Assembly (NCBI GenBank): GCA_004143945.1
Contig: SEHB01000011.1
Coordinates: 20,070 to 84,069 of the forward strand
Direction of reading: 5' to 3'
DNA: 64,000 nt
DNA from: Lysobacteraceae bacterium
Lineage (GTDB): Bacteria > Pseudomonadota > Gammaproteobacteria > Xanthomonadales > Rhodanobacteraceae
A program made the position numbers and the translations under genes. Positions within the stretch are counted from its first letter, which is position 1; every line of letters begins with the position of its first letter. Shown here in pieces: positions 27,983-37,103 of the stretch. The notes beneath the pieces were generated by a model that was not told the origin of the DNA, searched no databases, and saw nothing but the letters and a program-made list of their open reading frames with translations.

Positions 27983-28384
27983 TCAGCGCGGCGCGGTCGC
28001 GACCGGCGCAGGCGCGAGCCAGGCGCGATACGCGGCCTCGTCGTAGCCGACGATGCGCCAGCGCGGCGTCACCAGCACCGGCACGCCACCGACGTCGAGT
28101 TGCGCGTACAACGCACGCGCGCGCGCCGACGCATCGATGTCGAGCTCGGCGTAGTCGACGCCGAGCGTCGCGAGCAGCACGCGCGCCTTCTCGCAGAAGC
28201 CGCAGGTCCGGGTCGCGAACAACACGACCGGGCGGCTCGTCGTCGCCACGATCGGGCCGTAGTCCCCGGCGAGCGCCGCCGGCGCGGGCCGCAACTGGCG
28301 CACTGCAAGCGTGCCGAACCAGCCGATCGCCGCAGCGGCCGTGGCCAGCGCCATCGCGGGCAGGATGCGCCGAAGAAATCGCAT
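27983..28384 (-). CDS. Membrane-anchored glutaredoxin (NrdH-like)
   Basis: N-terminal hydrophobic anchor, TCGFC CxxC, GGVPVL, IVGYD; GGGAG RBS. Confidence 0.85.
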   Translation of the reverse strand: MRFLRRILPAMALATAAAAIGWFGTLAVRQLRPAPAALAGDYGPIVATTSRPVVLFATRTCGFCEKARVLLATLGVDYAELDIDASARARALYAQLDVGGVPVLVTPRWRIVGYDEAAYRAWLAPAPVATAPR

Positions 28385-28396
28385 GTCGAACTCCCG

Positions 28397-28426
28397 GTCC
28401 GCGGCGGCCTCCATGCCACCGCGGAC
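28397..28426. other. Stem-loop between peptide gene and glutaredoxin RBS
   Basis: gtccgcggcggc-ctccat-gccaccgcggac, 12 bp stem with one wobble or mismatch. Confidence 0.55.
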
Positions 28427-28470
28427 GCACCGTGCGGATCCCTCGCCGTCCGTGGCGCGGGCCGCTTCGC

Positions 28471-28674
28471 TCAGAGGCCGTAGATCCAGCAGCAGATGCT
28501 GCTGCCGAGCCAGTCGAGGCAAGAGAGGTAGCTGCCCGTGTCGGCCGGATCGATCATGCACACGCCACCGCCACCGCCGCCGCCGGGCGGCAGCGCCCAT
28601 GCGGAAGCGCTGGCGATTCCGAGCACGAGAGCGGAAAGGAGGACGCGCGCGCGTCCGTTGCGAGACTTGTTCAT
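28471..28674 (-). CDS. Small secreted Cys-rich peptide (67 aa precursor)
   Basis: GGAG RBS; signal peptide MNKSRNGRARVLLSALVLGIASASAWA; mature LPPGGGGGGGVCMIDPADTGSYLSCLDWLGSSICCWIYGL. Confidence 0.7.
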   Translation of the reverse strand: MNKSRNGRARVLLSALVLGIASASAWALPPGGGGGGGVCMIDPADTGSYLSCLDWLGSSICCWIYGL

Positions 28675-28864
28675 CGTCGAATGCTCCATTCAAGCGGGCG
28701 CGCAGGATCGCGACCCATGCTGAAGAACGCCGGTGCGCGCCCGCCTGCGTCAAAAAGGGGACAGGTTGCGCGGGCCGCTGCGCGGCGCGTCGCCGAGACG
28801 GCGATGGAAGTGGCACGCGCGATGCTGCAGACTCCGCGCCGATCCATCACCAAGGGGAACACGC

Positions 28865-29389
28865 ATGAATCCACGCATCGCCGCGGTCCTTGCCACGGGT
28901 TTGTTCGTCGCTGGCGTCGGCGTCGGCTATGCCGCGCAGAAGCTCTCGCCCGCGCTCTACCACGGCAAGGCTGCGCCGGAAGCCGCGCGCGCCCTGCTCG
29001 AGGCCGCGCTCGAGCAGGCCGGCGACGAAGGCAGCTGGGAGCGGATCGGCATCGCGCGCATCCACTACCTCGCCGGCCACAAGACCGAGGCCCAGGCGAT
29101 CTTCGACTCGCTGCTGGCCGGCGACGCCGACGACAGCGATGTGTTCCGAATCGCGCGCGTGTACCGCGAAGCCGGTGAATGGGCGAAGGCGAAACCGCTG
29201 TTCGACCGCTACCTGGCGAGCAATCCGAAGGACGAAAAGGCACTCGCAGAAGTCGGCGCGTTCTACCTGCTGAACGGTGATCGCGAAGGCGCAGAGCGGC
29301 TGTTCGACCGCTCGTTTGCGGTCACGTCCGAGGTGTGGGCGACGATCGCCGCGGCGGGCGCCTACCTCGGCGTCGCGCCGCAGGAGTAG
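28865..29389 (+). CDS. Exported tetratricopeptide-repeat protein
   Basis: Signal-like N-terminus; helical repeats ARIHYLAG..EA, ARVYREAGEWAKA, GAFYLLNGDREGA. Confidence 0.75.
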   Translation: MNPRIAAVLATGLFVAGVGVGYAAQKLSPALYHGKAAPEAARALLEAALEQAGDEGSWERIGIARIHYLAGHKTEAQAIFDSLLAGDADDSDVFRIARVYREAGEWAKAKPLFDRYLASNPKDEKALAEVGAFYLLNGDREGAERLFDRSFAVTSEVWATIAAAGAYLGVAPQE

Positions 29390-29413
29390 GCGGCGCGCGA
29401 CGGCGCGATCCCA

Positions 29414-29449
29414 CCTTCGTCGTCCCGGTGGACGCCGGGATGGCGAAGG
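29414..29449. terminator. Hairpin between convergent genes (possible bidirectional terminator)
   Basis: ccttcgtcgtcccgg-tggacg-ccgggatggcgaagg; no U-tract. Confidence 0.4.
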
Positions 29450-29490
29450 CCTGGGGACGCCGCCGGCCACCGTGGCCCGCGGCGTGCAGG

Positions 29491-29895
29491 TCAACGCGAC
29501 GCAAGCCGATCCGGCGGTGTTTCGTTGGTCTGCGCGAACGCGCTCGCGCGCACCGATTCGATCGGACGCAGCTCGAAGAACAGTCCGAGCTGGATGCACG
29601 GATTGCGCGCGATGATCGCCTGCGCTTCGTCGAGGTCGCGCGCGAGAATGAACCAATAGCCGCCGATGATCTCCTTGGACTCGCCGAACGGACCGTCGCT
29701 GATGAATCCGCGCCCGACGGTGCGACCCGCCGTACCGAGCCGCTGCCCGGTGCGCATCCTGCCCGCCGCAATCTCCTGCTCGAGCCACGCGTAGAACGCG
29801 TCGATCCCCTTCTGGATGCGCTCGGGCGGTGCATCCTCGTCCCAGCGGCCGCGCGAGAGTACGAGGAATTCCGACGGCGCCGCTGCATCGCTCAT
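29491..29895 (-). CDS. YciI-family protein
   Basis: DGPFGESKEIIGGYWFI...LDEA...P..ELRPI; GGGAG RBS. Confidence 0.88.
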   Translation of the reverse strand: MSDAAAPSEFLVLSRGRWDEDAPPERIQKGIDAFYAWLEQEIAAGRMRTGQRLGTAGRTVGRGFISDGPFGESKEIIGGYWFILARDLDEAQAIIARNPCIQLGLFFELRPIESVRASAFAQTNETPPDRLASR

Positions 29896-29989
29896 GCAAT
29901 CTCCCGGTGGCGGCCGCGCGTCGGGCGCGACCTTCAGGTCGCGCATCCTCGCCTGTCGCGCGCAGGCGTGCAACGGACCGTCCGGAGGC

Positions 29990-30550
29990 TCAGCGGATGG
30001 CTTGCGCGCAGGTCGCGGGCAGCGACGCCACGAGCTTCAAGACCTCTTCGCGCGTCGCGGGCTTCGGCGGCGTTCCACCGTCGAACAGCACGCGCCACTC
30101 GCCATCGGCATCGCGCTTCCAGACCGAGTTGAAGCGACTGATCGTGTAGCGGTGCTTCGCCGACGGGTCGAAGATCTCGGTCCACGCCGGCCCCGACGAC
30201 ACGGCCACATCGGGATCGGCTCCGATCGAGACGAACTGCGGGTGCCAGCGCAGCGCGAACTCCTTGCCTTCGATGATCGGCTTCCAGTCCGCGACCACCG
30301 CCGCGCGACCACGCACCGGCTGCGGGCTCGCCGCGTTGAAGACGGTGTCCGCGACCAGATGGCCGGCGAACGCCGCCGCATCGTGGGACGCGACGCTGTT
30401 GGCGAAACTGCGCTCGCGCATCCACACGTCGCATTCGGCCGCGGTCATCGCGACGACGGGTGGAACCGGCGCGGCGAACGCGGAAGAGGCATGCAGCAGG
30501 GCGCTCGATGCGAGCGAGAGTGCGAACGGGAGCAACGGGAGGGTCTTCAT
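29990..30550 (-). CDS. Exported NTF2-like / DUF4440 protein
   Basis: Signal peptide; ERSFA...HD..AF, FNSVWKRDADGEWRVLFDGG. Confidence 0.8.
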   Translation of the reverse strand: MKTLPLLPFALSLASSALLHASSAFAAPVPPVVAMTAAECDVWMRERSFANSVASHDAAAFAGHLVADTVFNAASPQPVRGRAAVVADWKPIIEGKEFALRWHPQFVSIGADPDVAVSSGPAWTEIFDPSAKHRYTISRFNSVWKRDADGEWRVLFDGGTPPKPATREEVLKLVASLPATCAQAIR

Positions 30551-30690
30551 CGGGAATTCCTGGTCGGCGAAACGTCCCGGCAGAGCCCCGGGATCGGATG
30601 GGCCGCATGATGGACCGACGGCGATCCGGATCAAGATCGCCGGCGCGCGATTGCGATGAAGCGCTGCCGCTGCGCGCCGACCCGCGCACG

Positions 30691-31227
30691 TCAGTCGCCT
30701 GCGGACGGCGCCTTCGGCACGCCCAGCTCGAGCGTCATGAACGTGCTGTGCGGGTCATCGCGATACGGCGGGAATGGCGCGCACTCGACGAAGCCGTGAC
30801 GCGCATACAGCCTTCGCGCGGGCTCGAACGCGGCCATCGATCCGGTCTCGAGGCTGAGACGCCGGTACCCGCGACGGCCCGCCTCGCCGATGATGTGCGC
30901 GAGCATCGCGGCGGCGACGCCTTTGCGCAGGTGTGCCGTCGCCGTTCGCATCGACTTGACCTCGCCGTGCGCGGGATCGAGCTCGCGCAGCGCACCGCAA
31001 CCGAGCAGTCCGAGCTCGTCCCAGGCGCTCCAGAACGTGATGTCGGGCGCGCGCAACGCGACGAGGTCGAGCGCATGCACGCTGCCGGGTGGCGACAGCG
31101 CGTGGCAGTCGCGCAGGTGTTCGTGCAGCAGCTCGATCACCGCGCCGCCTTCGAGGGCGTCGCGCACGATGCGCAGGTCGCCGCCGACGGCCTGCCCCGC
31201 CGCGGGCACCTCACGCGCGTGCGTCAT
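30691..31227 (-). CDS. GNAT N-acetyltransferase (YsnE/YedL-like)
   Basis: SPPGSVHALDL, GEVKSMRT..HLRKGVA, LSLETGS, YARHGF. Confidence 0.88.
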   Translation of the reverse strand: MTHAREVPAAGQAVGGDLRIVRDALEGGAVIELLHEHLRDCHALSPPGSVHALDLVALRAPDITFWSAWDELGLLGCGALRELDPAHGEVKSMRTATAHLRKGVAAAMLAHIIGEAGRRGYRRLSLETGSMAAFEPARRLYARHGFVECAPFPPYRDDPHSTFMTLELGVPKAPSAGD

Positions 31228-32687
31228 GCGTAGCGCGCGAGCGTTGCCGCCGCATCGGGCGCGCCGAACGTCTCGCTCCAGTCTTCCATCAGCGCGATCA
31301 GCAGCAGCTTCTCGAACTCCCCCGCGAAGCGCTGCACGATCGCGTCCGGGTCGCGCACGCGCTTGTGGTCGCCGATCACGCCGAAGTGCACGTTGCCGTT
31401 GTAGCTGAGGATCGAGATGCCGAGCGCGATCGAACCCGTCTGCGGCACCCAGAACATGAGTTCGCGCACCTCGACGCCGGCGAGGAACAACGGCTGCTGC
31501 GGTCCCGGCACATTGGTCGCGACCGCGCTCGCCTTGCGGCTGAACAGCTCCAGCGCGGGGCCCTGCAGAGCGGCCGGCGCCATCCCGAGCGCCGCGAGCA
31601 GGCCGAACGCGACGACGGCCTGACGACGGCCCTTGAGGTCGCGCATGCAGGCCGCGACGCGCTCGAGCCGGCGCAGCGGATTCGGCTCGCCGATCGGGAG
31701 GTCGAGGAACACGAGTCCGAAATGGTTGCCGAGCTTCTTCGCATGCTCGAGCGGGCGCAGGTTGACCGGCACGGTCGCGCGGATCGTGACGCCGTCGACA
31801 TCGCCGCCTTCGTCGCGCAGGTAGCCGCGGATCGCGCCGGCTGCGCACGCGAGCAGCACGTCGTTGACCGTGCAGCCGAGCGCCTTGCCGAGCACCTTGA
31901 CCTCGGCCAGCGGGAGCGGGTCGGCCCAGGCCACGCGCTTGGCGACGCCGAGTCGCCCCTTGAGCGCTGTCTCCGGATCGTCGGGCAGCGTCAGCGCGAT
32001 CGCGAGTTCGCGCGTGATCTCGCTGCCTTCGTGCGCGATGCTCGCGGCGATCGCGGGGTCGGCGAGCATCTGCGCGAACTTCTCCCAGGTCTTGCCGCCC
32101 GCGGCGATGGCCTTCTGCATGCCGCCCTGCATCGGCTCGAGCAGACGCTCGAGCACGCTGCCGCGGTCGCGACGCAGCCAGGTGCTCGCGAGTTCGGCCT
32201 GGGCCTCGGGCTGCGGCGCGGTGTCGGTCAACGACAGCAGCACCTGCACCAGCGCGAGGCCGTCGGCATAGGAATGGTGGATGCGCGCGACCAGCGCGCT
32301 CGCGCCGCGGTAGTTCTCGACGAGGTGGAACTGCCAGAGCGGACGCGCGGTATCGAGCGGCGAGGACGCGAGGTCGCTGACGAATGCCTCGAGTTCGCGC
32401 TTGCCCGGATCGCCCGCGAGCGCGGCGACGCGCACGTGCCAGTCGAGGTCGAAGTCCTCGTCCTCGACCCAGTGCGCACCGTTGACACCGACGACCGCCT
32501 TCTGGCGAAAGCGCCGGTAGGCGAGGAAGCGTTCGGCGAGCAGCGCCTTGAGGCGCGCATGCGAGAGCGTGCCCGCGAGCACGAGTACGCCGGTGATCAT
32601 CATGCGGTTGGTCGGCCGTTCCATGCGCAACCAGGCCGTATCGACCTTCGACATCGACTCGCGTTGCGGCTGCGCGCGTGCTGCCAT
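31224..32687 (-). CDS. Wax ester synthase / diacylglycerol acyltransferase (WS/DGAT)
   Basis: DTAWLRME, RPLWQFHLVE, HHSYADG, TVNDVLL, PVNLR, TNVPGP; alternative start 32654. Confidence 0.93.
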   Translation of the reverse strand: MAARAQPQRESMSKVDTAWLRMERPTNRMMITGVLVLAGTLSHARLKALLAERFLAYRRFRQKAVVGVNGAHWVEDEDFDLDWHVRVAALAGDPGKRELEAFVSDLASSPLDTARPLWQFHLVENYRGASALVARIHHSYADGLALVQVLLSLTDTAPQPEAQAELASTWLRRDRGSVLERLLEPMQGGMQKAIAAGGKTWEKFAQMLADPAIAASIAHEGSEITRELAIALTLPDDPETALKGRLGVAKRVAWADPLPLAEVKVLGKALGCTVNDVLLACAAGAIRGYLRDEGGDVDGVTIRATVPVNLRPLEHAKKLGNHFGLVFLDLPIGEPNPLRRLERVAACMRDLKGRRQAVVAFGLLAALGMAPAALQGPALELFSRKASAVATNVPGPQQPLFLAGVEVRELMFWVPQTGSIALGISILSYNGNVHFGVIGDHKRVRDPDAIVQRFAGEFEKLLLIALMEDWSETFGAPDAAATLARYA

Positions 32688-32849
32688 GCTGGACCCCGGT
32701 GCGGCGCCGGCGGATCGCGCGGACGCATTCGTGTAGCATCGACGCTCACATCGCAAAAGGCAACGCGCCGGCGACAGCGGCCTGCCACCCGTGCCTGCAT
32801 GCGCGCGCGGCTGCGCGCCACGCCGGCCGCCCGACCACAGGAAACCCCG

Positions 32850-34040
32850 ATGCACCACGGCACCGACATCCTGCTCGCGTTGTTCGCGATCTTCATCGCC
32901 GCACAGGTCGGCGCTGAACTCGCGCAGCGCCTGAAGCTGCCCGGGGTCGTCGGCGAGATCGTCGCGGGCTGCGTGATCGGTCCGTCCGCCCTCGGGCTCA
33001 TCCACCTCGAACAGATCGCCTCCGGTACGCCGCTCAGCGTGCTCGCCGAGATCGGCGTGGTGCTGCTGCTGTTCTCGGTCGGTCTCGAGACCCGCCTCGA
33101 GGAAATCGGCAAGGTCGGCCGCAGTGCGTTCCTCGTCGGTGTGCTCGGCGTGCTGGTGCCGTTCGGCGCCGGCGCGTTGTGGGCGCACGGGAGCGGTTTC
33201 GAGTGGGCCAAGTCGATGTTCGTCGCGGCCGCATTCGTCGCGACATCCGCCGGCATCACCGCGCGCGTGCTGCAGGAGCTCGGCGTGCTCTCGCGCATCG
33301 AGAGTCGCGTGATCCTCGGCGCCGCGGTCATCGACGACATCCTCGCGATGCTGCTGCTCGGCGTGGTGGTGTCGATCCAGGACGGCAGCGTCAACATCGG
33401 CAGCCTGCTGTTCGTGCTGCTGCAGGCGGTGGGCTTCGTCGCGGTGATCGGCTGGGTCGGCACGCGCCTGATGCGCAAGCGCTCGCACTGGCTCGACGGC
33501 CCGGTCAATCCCGAGTCGCCACTCGCGATCGCGCTCGCGATCTGCCTCGGGCTCGCCTACCTGTCGACGCAGTTCGGACTCGCCGCGATCATCGGCGCGT
33601 TCCTCGCCGGCATGATCGCGTCGGAGATGCACCAGCGCGACCAGTTGCACAAGCAGATGCAGCCGTTGCTGGTGCTGCTGACGCCGTTCTTCTTCGTCGT
33701 GACGGGGGCGAAGATCGACCTCGCCGTGTTCGCGAGCGCCGATGCGCTCTGGATGCTGCTGGTCGCGACCGTGATCGCGATCCTGTCCAAGCTCGTCGGC
33801 GGTTTCCTCGGTGCGCTCTCGCTCGGCAGGCTCGGTGCGACGATCGTCGGCGTCGGCATGATCCCGCGCGGCGAAGTCGGCGTCGTGATCGCGAGCCTTG
33901 GGCTCGCGGCCGGCATCTTCACCGACCAGATCTACGCGGTGATCGTCGCGATGTCGCTGCTGACCTCGATCGTGACGCCGCCGATCCTCGCGATGCTGCT
34001 CAAGCGCGCTGCCCCGCCGGGCGGCGCGCCGCCTGCCTAG
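32850..34040 (+). CDS. Cation:proton antiporter (CPA2/NapA-like)
   Basis: P.VVGEI.AG, LFSVGLET, ATSAGIT, AAVIDDI, GAFLAG, GMIPRGEV. Confidence 0.92.
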   Translation: MHHGTDILLALFAIFIAAQVGAELAQRLKLPGVVGEIVAGCVIGPSALGLIHLEQIASGTPLSVLAEIGVVLLLFSVGLETRLEEIGKVGRSAFLVGVLGVLVPFGAGALWAHGSGFEWAKSMFVAAAFVATSAGITARVLQELGVLSRIESRVILGAAVIDDILAMLLLGVVVSIQDGSVNIGSLLFVLLQAVGFVAVIGWVGTRLMRKRSHWLDGPVNPESPLAIALAICLGLAYLSTQFGLAAIIGAFLAGMIASEMHQRDQLHKQMQPLLVLLTPFFFVVTGAKIDLAVFASADALWMLLVATVIAILSKLVGGFLGALSLGRLGATIVGVGMIPRGEVGVVIASLGLAAGIFTDQIYAVIVAMSLLTSIVTPPILAMLLKRAAPPGGAPPA

Positions 34041-34082
34041 CATGGCCTCGCAAGCGACGCGCCTCGGCTATGATCGAACGCG

Positions 34083-34601
34083 ATGAGCGCCCGCCGCCGA
34101 CCGTCGACACCCCCGCCCGCTCGGTGCCTGGCCATCGTGCTCGCCACGCTCGCGCTCGGCGCCTGCGCGACACCGGTGTTCAGGCAGGTGCCGACGGCCC
34201 CGGTCACGCCGCTTGAGGCGGCGCACGAACCGCAGCGCCATGCCGGAACGGCCGTCGTCTGGGGCGGCAAGATCCTCGACGTGCGCAACCTCGCGGATGA
34301 AACCGAAGTCCAGCTCGCGGTCCATCCGCTCGATGCCGCGCAGCGCCCGCAGCAATCCGAACCCGTGCTCGGCCGCGCCCTCGTCGTGTTGCCCGGATTC
34401 GTCGATCCGCTCGACTTCCCGCCCGGGCGCTTCGTGACCGTGCTCGGGCACCTCGACGGCACGCGCACGCGCCGCATCGGCGACGCCGAGCGCGCGCTGG
34501 CCGTATTGCAGCGCGATGCGCTGCACCTGTGGCCAGTCAACTTCCCGCGCGAGCGCTCGCGCGTGAGCTTCGGCGTCGGATTCGGCGTCGGCATCCGCTG
34601 A
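34083..34601 (+). CDS. Slp-family outer-membrane lipoprotein
   Basis: Lipobox LGAC; VVWGGKI, P.GRFVTVLG, LHLWP, C-terminal FGVGFG. Confidence 0.85.
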   Translation: MSARRRPSTPPPARCLAIVLATLALGACATPVFRQVPTAPVTPLEAAHEPQRHAGTAVVWGGKILDVRNLADETEVQLAVHPLDAAQRPQQSEPVLGRALVVLPGFVDPLDFPPGRFVTVLGHLDGTRTRRIGDAERALAVLQRDALHLWPVNFPRERSRVSFGVGFGVGIR

Positions 34602-34619
34602 GCCGGCGCCGCGCGCGCC

Positions 34620-36590
34620 TCACTTCGCCGGCAAGGCGAACGCGAGCAGGTGATCGCCGATCGTCGTGCCGAGTTTCGCGTGCCCGCCCGCGGCGACGAC
34701 GATGAACTGGCGACCGCCGGCCTCGTAGCTCATCGGCGTCGCCTGCGCGCCCGCGGGCAATCGCATCGTCCACAGCTCGGCGCCTGTCGTGATGTCGAAT
34801 GCGCGCAGGAAGTCGTCGGAGGTCGCGCCGATGAACACGAGTCCGCCCGCGGTGGTCAGCGGTCCACCCATGTTCGGCGCGCCTTGCGTGTACCAGAACG
34901 GCCACGGCGCCTTGTCGCGCGAAGTGCCGAGCGGGCGTTCCCATGCGATCGTGCCGCTGGATAGATCGAGCGCGACGAGCTTGCCCCACGGAGGCGGCGT
35001 GCACGGCGCGCCGAGTGGCGACTTCAGCAGGGTGCGGCGCATGCCGTACGGCGTTCCGCGCTGCGACGCGAATTCCCAGCCCTCGTAGTCGCCCGACTCG
35101 TACTGCGCTTCGAGCTCGGCACGCGGGATCAGCGCGACCACCATCGGGATGTCCATCACGTTTGCGACGAGCAGGCGCCGGCGCGGATCCCACGCGCCGC
35201 CGCCCCAGTTGGAGCCGCCCGCGTAGCTCGGGCGCATGATCGTGCCCTCGCGGCTCGGTGGCGTGTAGATGCCCTCGCTGCGCAGCGCGGCGATCCGCTT
35301 GCGACACGCATTGCGGTCCCAGAACGTGAGTCCCCAGGCGTCGTCGGGCGTCACCGGTTCGTGCGAAACCAGTGGCGGCAGCGACGAGAATGGCTGCGTC
35401 GGCGACGGCGTCTCGCCCGCGACCACACGCCGGGGCACCGTGCGTTCCTCGACCGGGAACACCGGTTCACCGGTTTCACGGTGGAACACGAACACCTGGC
35501 CGGACTTGGTCAGCTGCACGACCGCGGGCAACTCGGTGCCATCGCGCGCGAGGTCGACGAGCATCGGCTGCGAAGCGACGTCGTAGTCCCACAGGTCGTG
35601 ATGCACGAGCTGGCGGCCCCAGGCGAACGCGCCGGTGGACGCGCGCAGCGCGACCAGCGAATTGGCCCACTCGGTGTTTCCGCTGCGCTCGCCGCCGTAG
35701 AAGTCGGGGCTCGCGGAACCGGTCGGAATGAACACGAGGTCACGCTCGGCATCGACGGCGAGCGGGGCCCAGGCATTCGCGGCGCCGGTCCAGCGCGCCT
35801 GCTGCGCGTCGACTTCGGTGAACTCGGGATTGGCTGCGTCGGCGGGCACGATCGCGCGGCGCGGGATCGGGTCCCAGTGCCATGCGAGCCGCCCGCTGCG
35901 CACGTCGTATGCGCGCACGACACCGAGTTCGAGCGCGGTGCCGCCGTTGTCGCCAATCGACGAGCCGATGATCGCGAGATCGCCCGCGATCGCGGGCGGC
36001 GACGTCGCCTGGTACTGGCCGAGTCGCCGCTCGGTCGCACGCACGCCCTTGCCGAGGTCGACTTCGCCATCGCGCCCGAAGTCCGCGCAGCGCTTGCCGT
36101 CCATCGCGTCGAGCGCGAACAGGCGCGCGTCGAGCGAGGCGAACAGGATGCGTTGCGCGCAGCGTGCGCCGGGCTCGGCCTGCGCGTCGCGCCACCAGCT
36201 CACGCCGCGCGTCGCCATTTCCGAATAGTCGCGGCCACGGTCGACCTCGGCATCGAAACGCCAGCGCAAGTGGCCATCGGCCGCATCCAGCGCGAACACC
36301 TTGCCGGTCGCGGTGTTGAAATACAGCGTGCCGCCGACGAGCAGCGGCGTCGCCTCGAACGTCAGCGCGTCGTCCGCGCGCGCGAAGCCCTGTCCGAGTT
36401 CGCCGGTGCGAAAGCTCCAGGCGAGTTCGAGTTCGCCGACATTGGCCGGCGTGATCTGCGCGAGCGGCGCGTGGCGCTGGCCATGTCCGTCGCCGCCGTA
36501 GGCGGTCCATTCGAACGCCGAAGGTTCCGCGGCGAACGCGAGCGCGAAAAGCGGCAACATGAGGCGCAGCAGGACTGGCGATCGGCGCAT
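34620..36590 (-). CDS. PQQ-dependent dehydrogenase (glucose/quinate family, soluble exported form)
   Basis: Signal peptide; WTAYGGD, FEATPL, HHDLWDYDV, PPWGKL, GGPLTTAGGLVF, ATPMSY; GGAGG RBS. Confidence 0.92.
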   Translation of the reverse strand: MRRSPVLLRLMLPLFALAFAAEPSAFEWTAYGGDGHGQRHAPLAQITPANVGELELAWSFRTGELGQGFARADDALTFEATPLLVGGTLYFNTATGKVFALDAADGHLRWRFDAEVDRGRDYSEMATRGVSWWRDAQAEPGARCAQRILFASLDARLFALDAMDGKRCADFGRDGEVDLGKGVRATERRLGQYQATSPPAIAGDLAIIGSSIGDNGGTALELGVVRAYDVRSGRLAWHWDPIPRRAIVPADAANPEFTEVDAQQARWTGAANAWAPLAVDAERDLVFIPTGSASPDFYGGERSGNTEWANSLVALRASTGAFAWGRQLVHHDLWDYDVASQPMLVDLARDGTELPAVVQLTKSGQVFVFHRETGEPVFPVEERTVPRRVVAGETPSPTQPFSSLPPLVSHEPVTPDDAWGLTFWDRNACRKRIAALRSEGIYTPPSREGTIMRPSYAGGSNWGGGAWDPRRRLLVANVMDIPMVVALIPRAELEAQYESGDYEGWEFASQRGTPYGMRRTLLKSPLGAPCTPPPWGKLVALDLSSGTIAWERPLGTSRDKAPWPFWYTQGAPNMGGPLTTAGGLVFIGATSDDFLRAFDITTGAELWTMRLPAGAQATPMSYEAGGRQFIVVAAGGHAKLGTTIGDHLLAFALPAK

Positions 36591-36700
36591 GGATTCCTCC
36601 TGGAGGGGCCGATTCGAACGCGGCGCCGGTCCGCTCGCAAGCCCGATGTGACGAACGGGTCCGCGCGTGACGCGAGCGGGACCGCCAGGCCGTTCGCAGT

Positions 36701-37085
36701 TGTGGGGGGGCTTCAGCCCCCGAGCTTCTCGCCCGATCGATCGGGACTGAAGTCCCTCCCACACCACATCGACTGCCGGCCTCGACAGCGTCGACTTGCT
36801 GTTGTGGGAGGGGCTTCAGCCCTGAGCTCTTCGCCAGATCCATCGGGACTGAAGTCCCTCCCACACCACATCGACTGCCAGCCTCGACAGCGCCGACTTG
36901 CTGTTGTGGGAGGGGCTTCAGCCCCGAGCTCTTCGCCAGATCGACCGGAACTGGACTGCCCCCCCACACGACATCGACTGCCGGCCTCGACAGCACCGAC
37001 TTCGCTGTTGTGGGAGGGGCTTCAGCCCCGAGCGCTTCGCCAGATCGATCGAGCTGGAGTGCCTCCCAAACGACATCGACTGCCG
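36701..37085. repeat. Tandem REPIN array (BIME-like), about 3.7 units of 102-104 bp
   Basis: Units start at 36701, 36803, 36905 and 37009; each is a forward REP, ~18 bp, an inverted REP and the linker cacatcgactgccggcctcgacagc. Confidence 0.92.
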
Positions 37086-37103
37086 CGGTCGCCGTACGGG
37101 CCT

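Noticed and set aside
28752-28765. AAAAAGGGGACAGG, resembling purine-rich ends I recall near some Y1 transposase loci
   Set aside because: Single copy, ~780 bp from the RAYT, with no partner on the other side; insufficient support.
32690-32849. Possible Na+/Li+ (nhaA, DUF1646) or fluoride riboswitch upstream of the cation:proton antiporter
   Set aside because: I could not match the conserved cores of those motifs by eye. An Infernal/Rfam scan would settle it.
36701-37085. Possible CRISPR array
   Set aside because: The intervening sequences are near-identical rather than unique spacers, the units are REP inverted pairs found elsewhere in the window, and no cas genes are present.
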